Under the pieces are notes generated by a model. The model saw nothing but the letters and a program-made list of their open reading frames with translations, ran no database searches and was not told the origin of the DNA. A program made the translations under genes and the position numbers. Of a DNA stretch of 64,000 nucleotides, positions 61,381-64,000 are shown piece after piece (positions within the stretch are counted from its first letter, which is position 1; each line of letters begins with the position of its first letter). Location: NCBI RefSeq assembly GCF_018977255.1, contig NW_024704742.1, positions 41,046,001-41,110,000 on the forward strand. Reading direction: 5' to 3'. The DNA comes from Callorhinchus milii. Lineage: Eukaryota.

Positions 61381-62279
61381 CTGGAACACTTTAGGTAAAA
61401 AGGAAAAAGGGTCACACTGGGGTTTGCAGAAGAAAGTCACCCAAGTGTGGAATTTCAAGCCATAGGAATTTACTGAAACACACCTAAGACACAGTGCTAC
61501 AATTGCACTCAGAGCTCTAAAATTAAAGGGAGCGAGGGAGGGGAACGGTAACATTGAAATTATCATCAATAATCCACAAAACCGTTCATCCATTTTTTAA
61601 AACCTCTTCCAAGATTGTTGGGTAACAATCAAGTTAAAGTGATGCCCTTGGTCTCATTTTGTACAAAGCCACAAATTATTTTATGTTTTTGATAAAATAA
61701 AATATCCATTGCAAAGACGCGATAATCGAACACTTCAGATAAAGAGAAAAAAGGGTCACATTGCGATCTGACTTTGTTTTTCAATGTGTGCTGATGAACG
61801 TGCTGTGCAGTTGGATATTTTGCTTCCCTCCTTCCCAGTAACAGCATCAAGAAATTGCAGGTCAGCACCGATGTGATTTGAATGCAATGCAGAGCTCCCT
61901 ATATACTCCTTCAGACTTAACCTCAGAAAAGATCCTACTTCAACCCTGTGTCAACTGTATGCTTTCCCATTCTGCAGTCCATCCTTACACCAAGATTCCC
62001 AAACAGATGCCAATCAGTCACAAATTTCAGCAATAGTTTACACTGAAATACAAACAGAATGCGAAAATATTCCACAGAGCACAATGGTTTCTGGAACCAT
62101 GGGAAAATAGTGGTGAAGTATTGGCTGTGGAGGAAAGATGGCCAGAGCAGAAAAGTAGAGACATGAAATGCTGAAATTTGGTTGTAAACAATCCATTCCC
62201 CCAGAGAGATTGGAGCAAAGTCTATGATTGGGTATCTATGGAAGGGCTTGATGGACCTTTCTCATTTCATGTTCTTTAA

Positions 62280-62712
62280 TATAATAATAATCCTTGCATT
62301 GATTTAGCGCCTTATCACGTCTTCGAGACGTCTAAAAGAGCTTCACAGAATATACTGTAAAATGAATTGACTGTATATTTTGTGGGCAAAATGCCTCTAT
62401 GATGTGAATCCAGACCTCAAAAATGCAAATTGTACTCAGAAGTTTTAATATACAGTCACTACATTTTACAGTATAGTCTGTGAAGCGCTTTGAGACATCT
62501 CGAAGACCTGATTAAGGCGCTATATCAAATGCAAGGATTATTATTATTATTATTCTGGCAGAAGTGGAGTTTTTGTGCAATTGGCTGCTGCGTTCTGCCC
62601 ACAAAATACGCAGTCAATCCACTTTACAATATATTCTGTGAAGAGATTTGAGATGTCTCAACAGCATGACAAGCCTCTATATCAAATGCAAGGATTATTA
62701 TTATTATTATTT
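62280..62712. mobile_element. Cluster of three SINE 3' halves (-, +, +)
   Basis: 62280-62395 minus; 62447-62553 and 62568-62712 plus. Confidence 0.88.
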
Positions 62713-64000
62713 GGGGAAGATGGGACATAAATTAAACCTAAGTGACTCAAACTCATTATATACAAAAGTGGAGAAAAGTATTACTTTGGAAATAAAATAA
62801 GGGAGCAAGAACAGATAACTAAAATGTGATGGTTTTGCTTGTAAAGGGCATGCAGCCCAAATTCCTGAGGTGAATGGTCAATATTTCTGAGCAGTGTGTA
62901 ATGCAGCCCCCCCACCCCCGCCCATAAGATAAAAACAAGATAATGCATACAAATGTAATGTGCATATTATGCACTCAAAGTACTAATTTTAACCTATTCA
63001 AACCTAAACCCCAAAGAGTGTCATCACAGACGTGTAGCATTTATCACAGCGCATCTCTTGAATGTTTATTAAATACCTCCTGCATTGTTACAGTCAGTTC
63101 ATTAAAACTGCTACACCTGTGACCGGCTAATAAAGATTGATGGAGGTACTGAATAATTACTGATCTGTATTTTATGAACCGCTGATCTCGGCTACTACTT
63201 GGTTTAGCTGGGGAGGAGGGAAGCAATCATACATCAGCACCTTGTAGCTGCCATTCATTCACACTCCGATAAGCTGCTGAAGCTCTCAGCGCAGAGTGAA
63301 AGTTTCAACACTCTGACGCTCCTGCTCTCCTTGTGTCTCCCGAGTTACTTTCCTTACAGAAATTACTCTTAACAAAATACCCGTTTCCCAGCTTAGAGTT
63401 TATGCTCCGAGAACAATTTATGAAAGATCAATGAGAGGTTTAAAGAGCTGATCTTTAATGATCTGTGGCTTTCTCTGGCTTACTCCATGAATTCTGGAAA
63501 TTAACAGTCTGCATGAATGACATTGATATCATGAGTTTGACAGAGAGCACATGTGCGATTGCACATAAAACACATTTAAAACACCAAGCACTTCTGTATC
63601 AACAAATATGTGCGATGAAACATCATTATTAAGACTAAAGTACAATTAAAATATCAAACATCAAGGTTAGTGTTGAATACAAAAAGTGCATTTCCAGTAA
63701 GGCAACCACTTAGCTCTTTCAAGAAAAGATTGTGGTGTAAATATAGCAATAAGAAACTGGACTTTCAAACTCAAACCGATTGTTGTATAGTTTTACAAAT
63801 AAACAGTGTTGCCTTTTTTTAAAAAAAATTAAAATCAATCAGGCGCCAGTTTGTAATTCTGTCAGAAAGAGGTAGGAAATGGAAAAGTAAAACTATACAA
63901 ACTGCTTGAATCAATCACACCTCGAAATGTACAAGTAGAGATCAAGGTAGAATTAGAGCAAGTCAGAACAGCAGTGCTGTCAGCACAGACTCCACTAACC

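Larger units (their letters stand above)
22872..64000 (-). other. LDB2: LDB2 intron upstream of the exon (partial)
   Basis: Ends in the AG acceptor; first exon (expected ...YRIYEMNKRLQ...) not seen in the window. Confidence 0.7.

Overview
Vertebrate nuclear DNA, most likely a cartilaginous fish (holocephalan/chimaera-like, inferred from the dominant tRNA-Ala/Deu-domain/L2-tail SINE). The only protein-coding feature I can support is one 103-bp internal exon of LDB2 (LIM domain-binding protein 2) on the minus strand at 22769-22871. It encodes DSDNLWWDAFATEFFEDDATLTLSFCLEDGPKRY with canonical AG/GT ends and is absent from the ORF track. The rest is inferred to be the two flanking LDB2 introns: many young and old SINEs, L2 and CR1 LINE fragments, palindromic MITE-like elements, several small unclassified repeat families, microsatellites, and repeat-free blocks rich in homeodomain sites that look like conserved enhancers. 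I found no new multi-gene system. The most notable signals are a perfect 41-bp hairpin probably made by template switching inside an L2 RT, degenerate Penelope-type hammerhead relics, two local templated duplications, mosaic SINE subfamilies and candidate Pbx/Meis/Hox enhancers. Repeat boundaries were placed by eye and are approximate.
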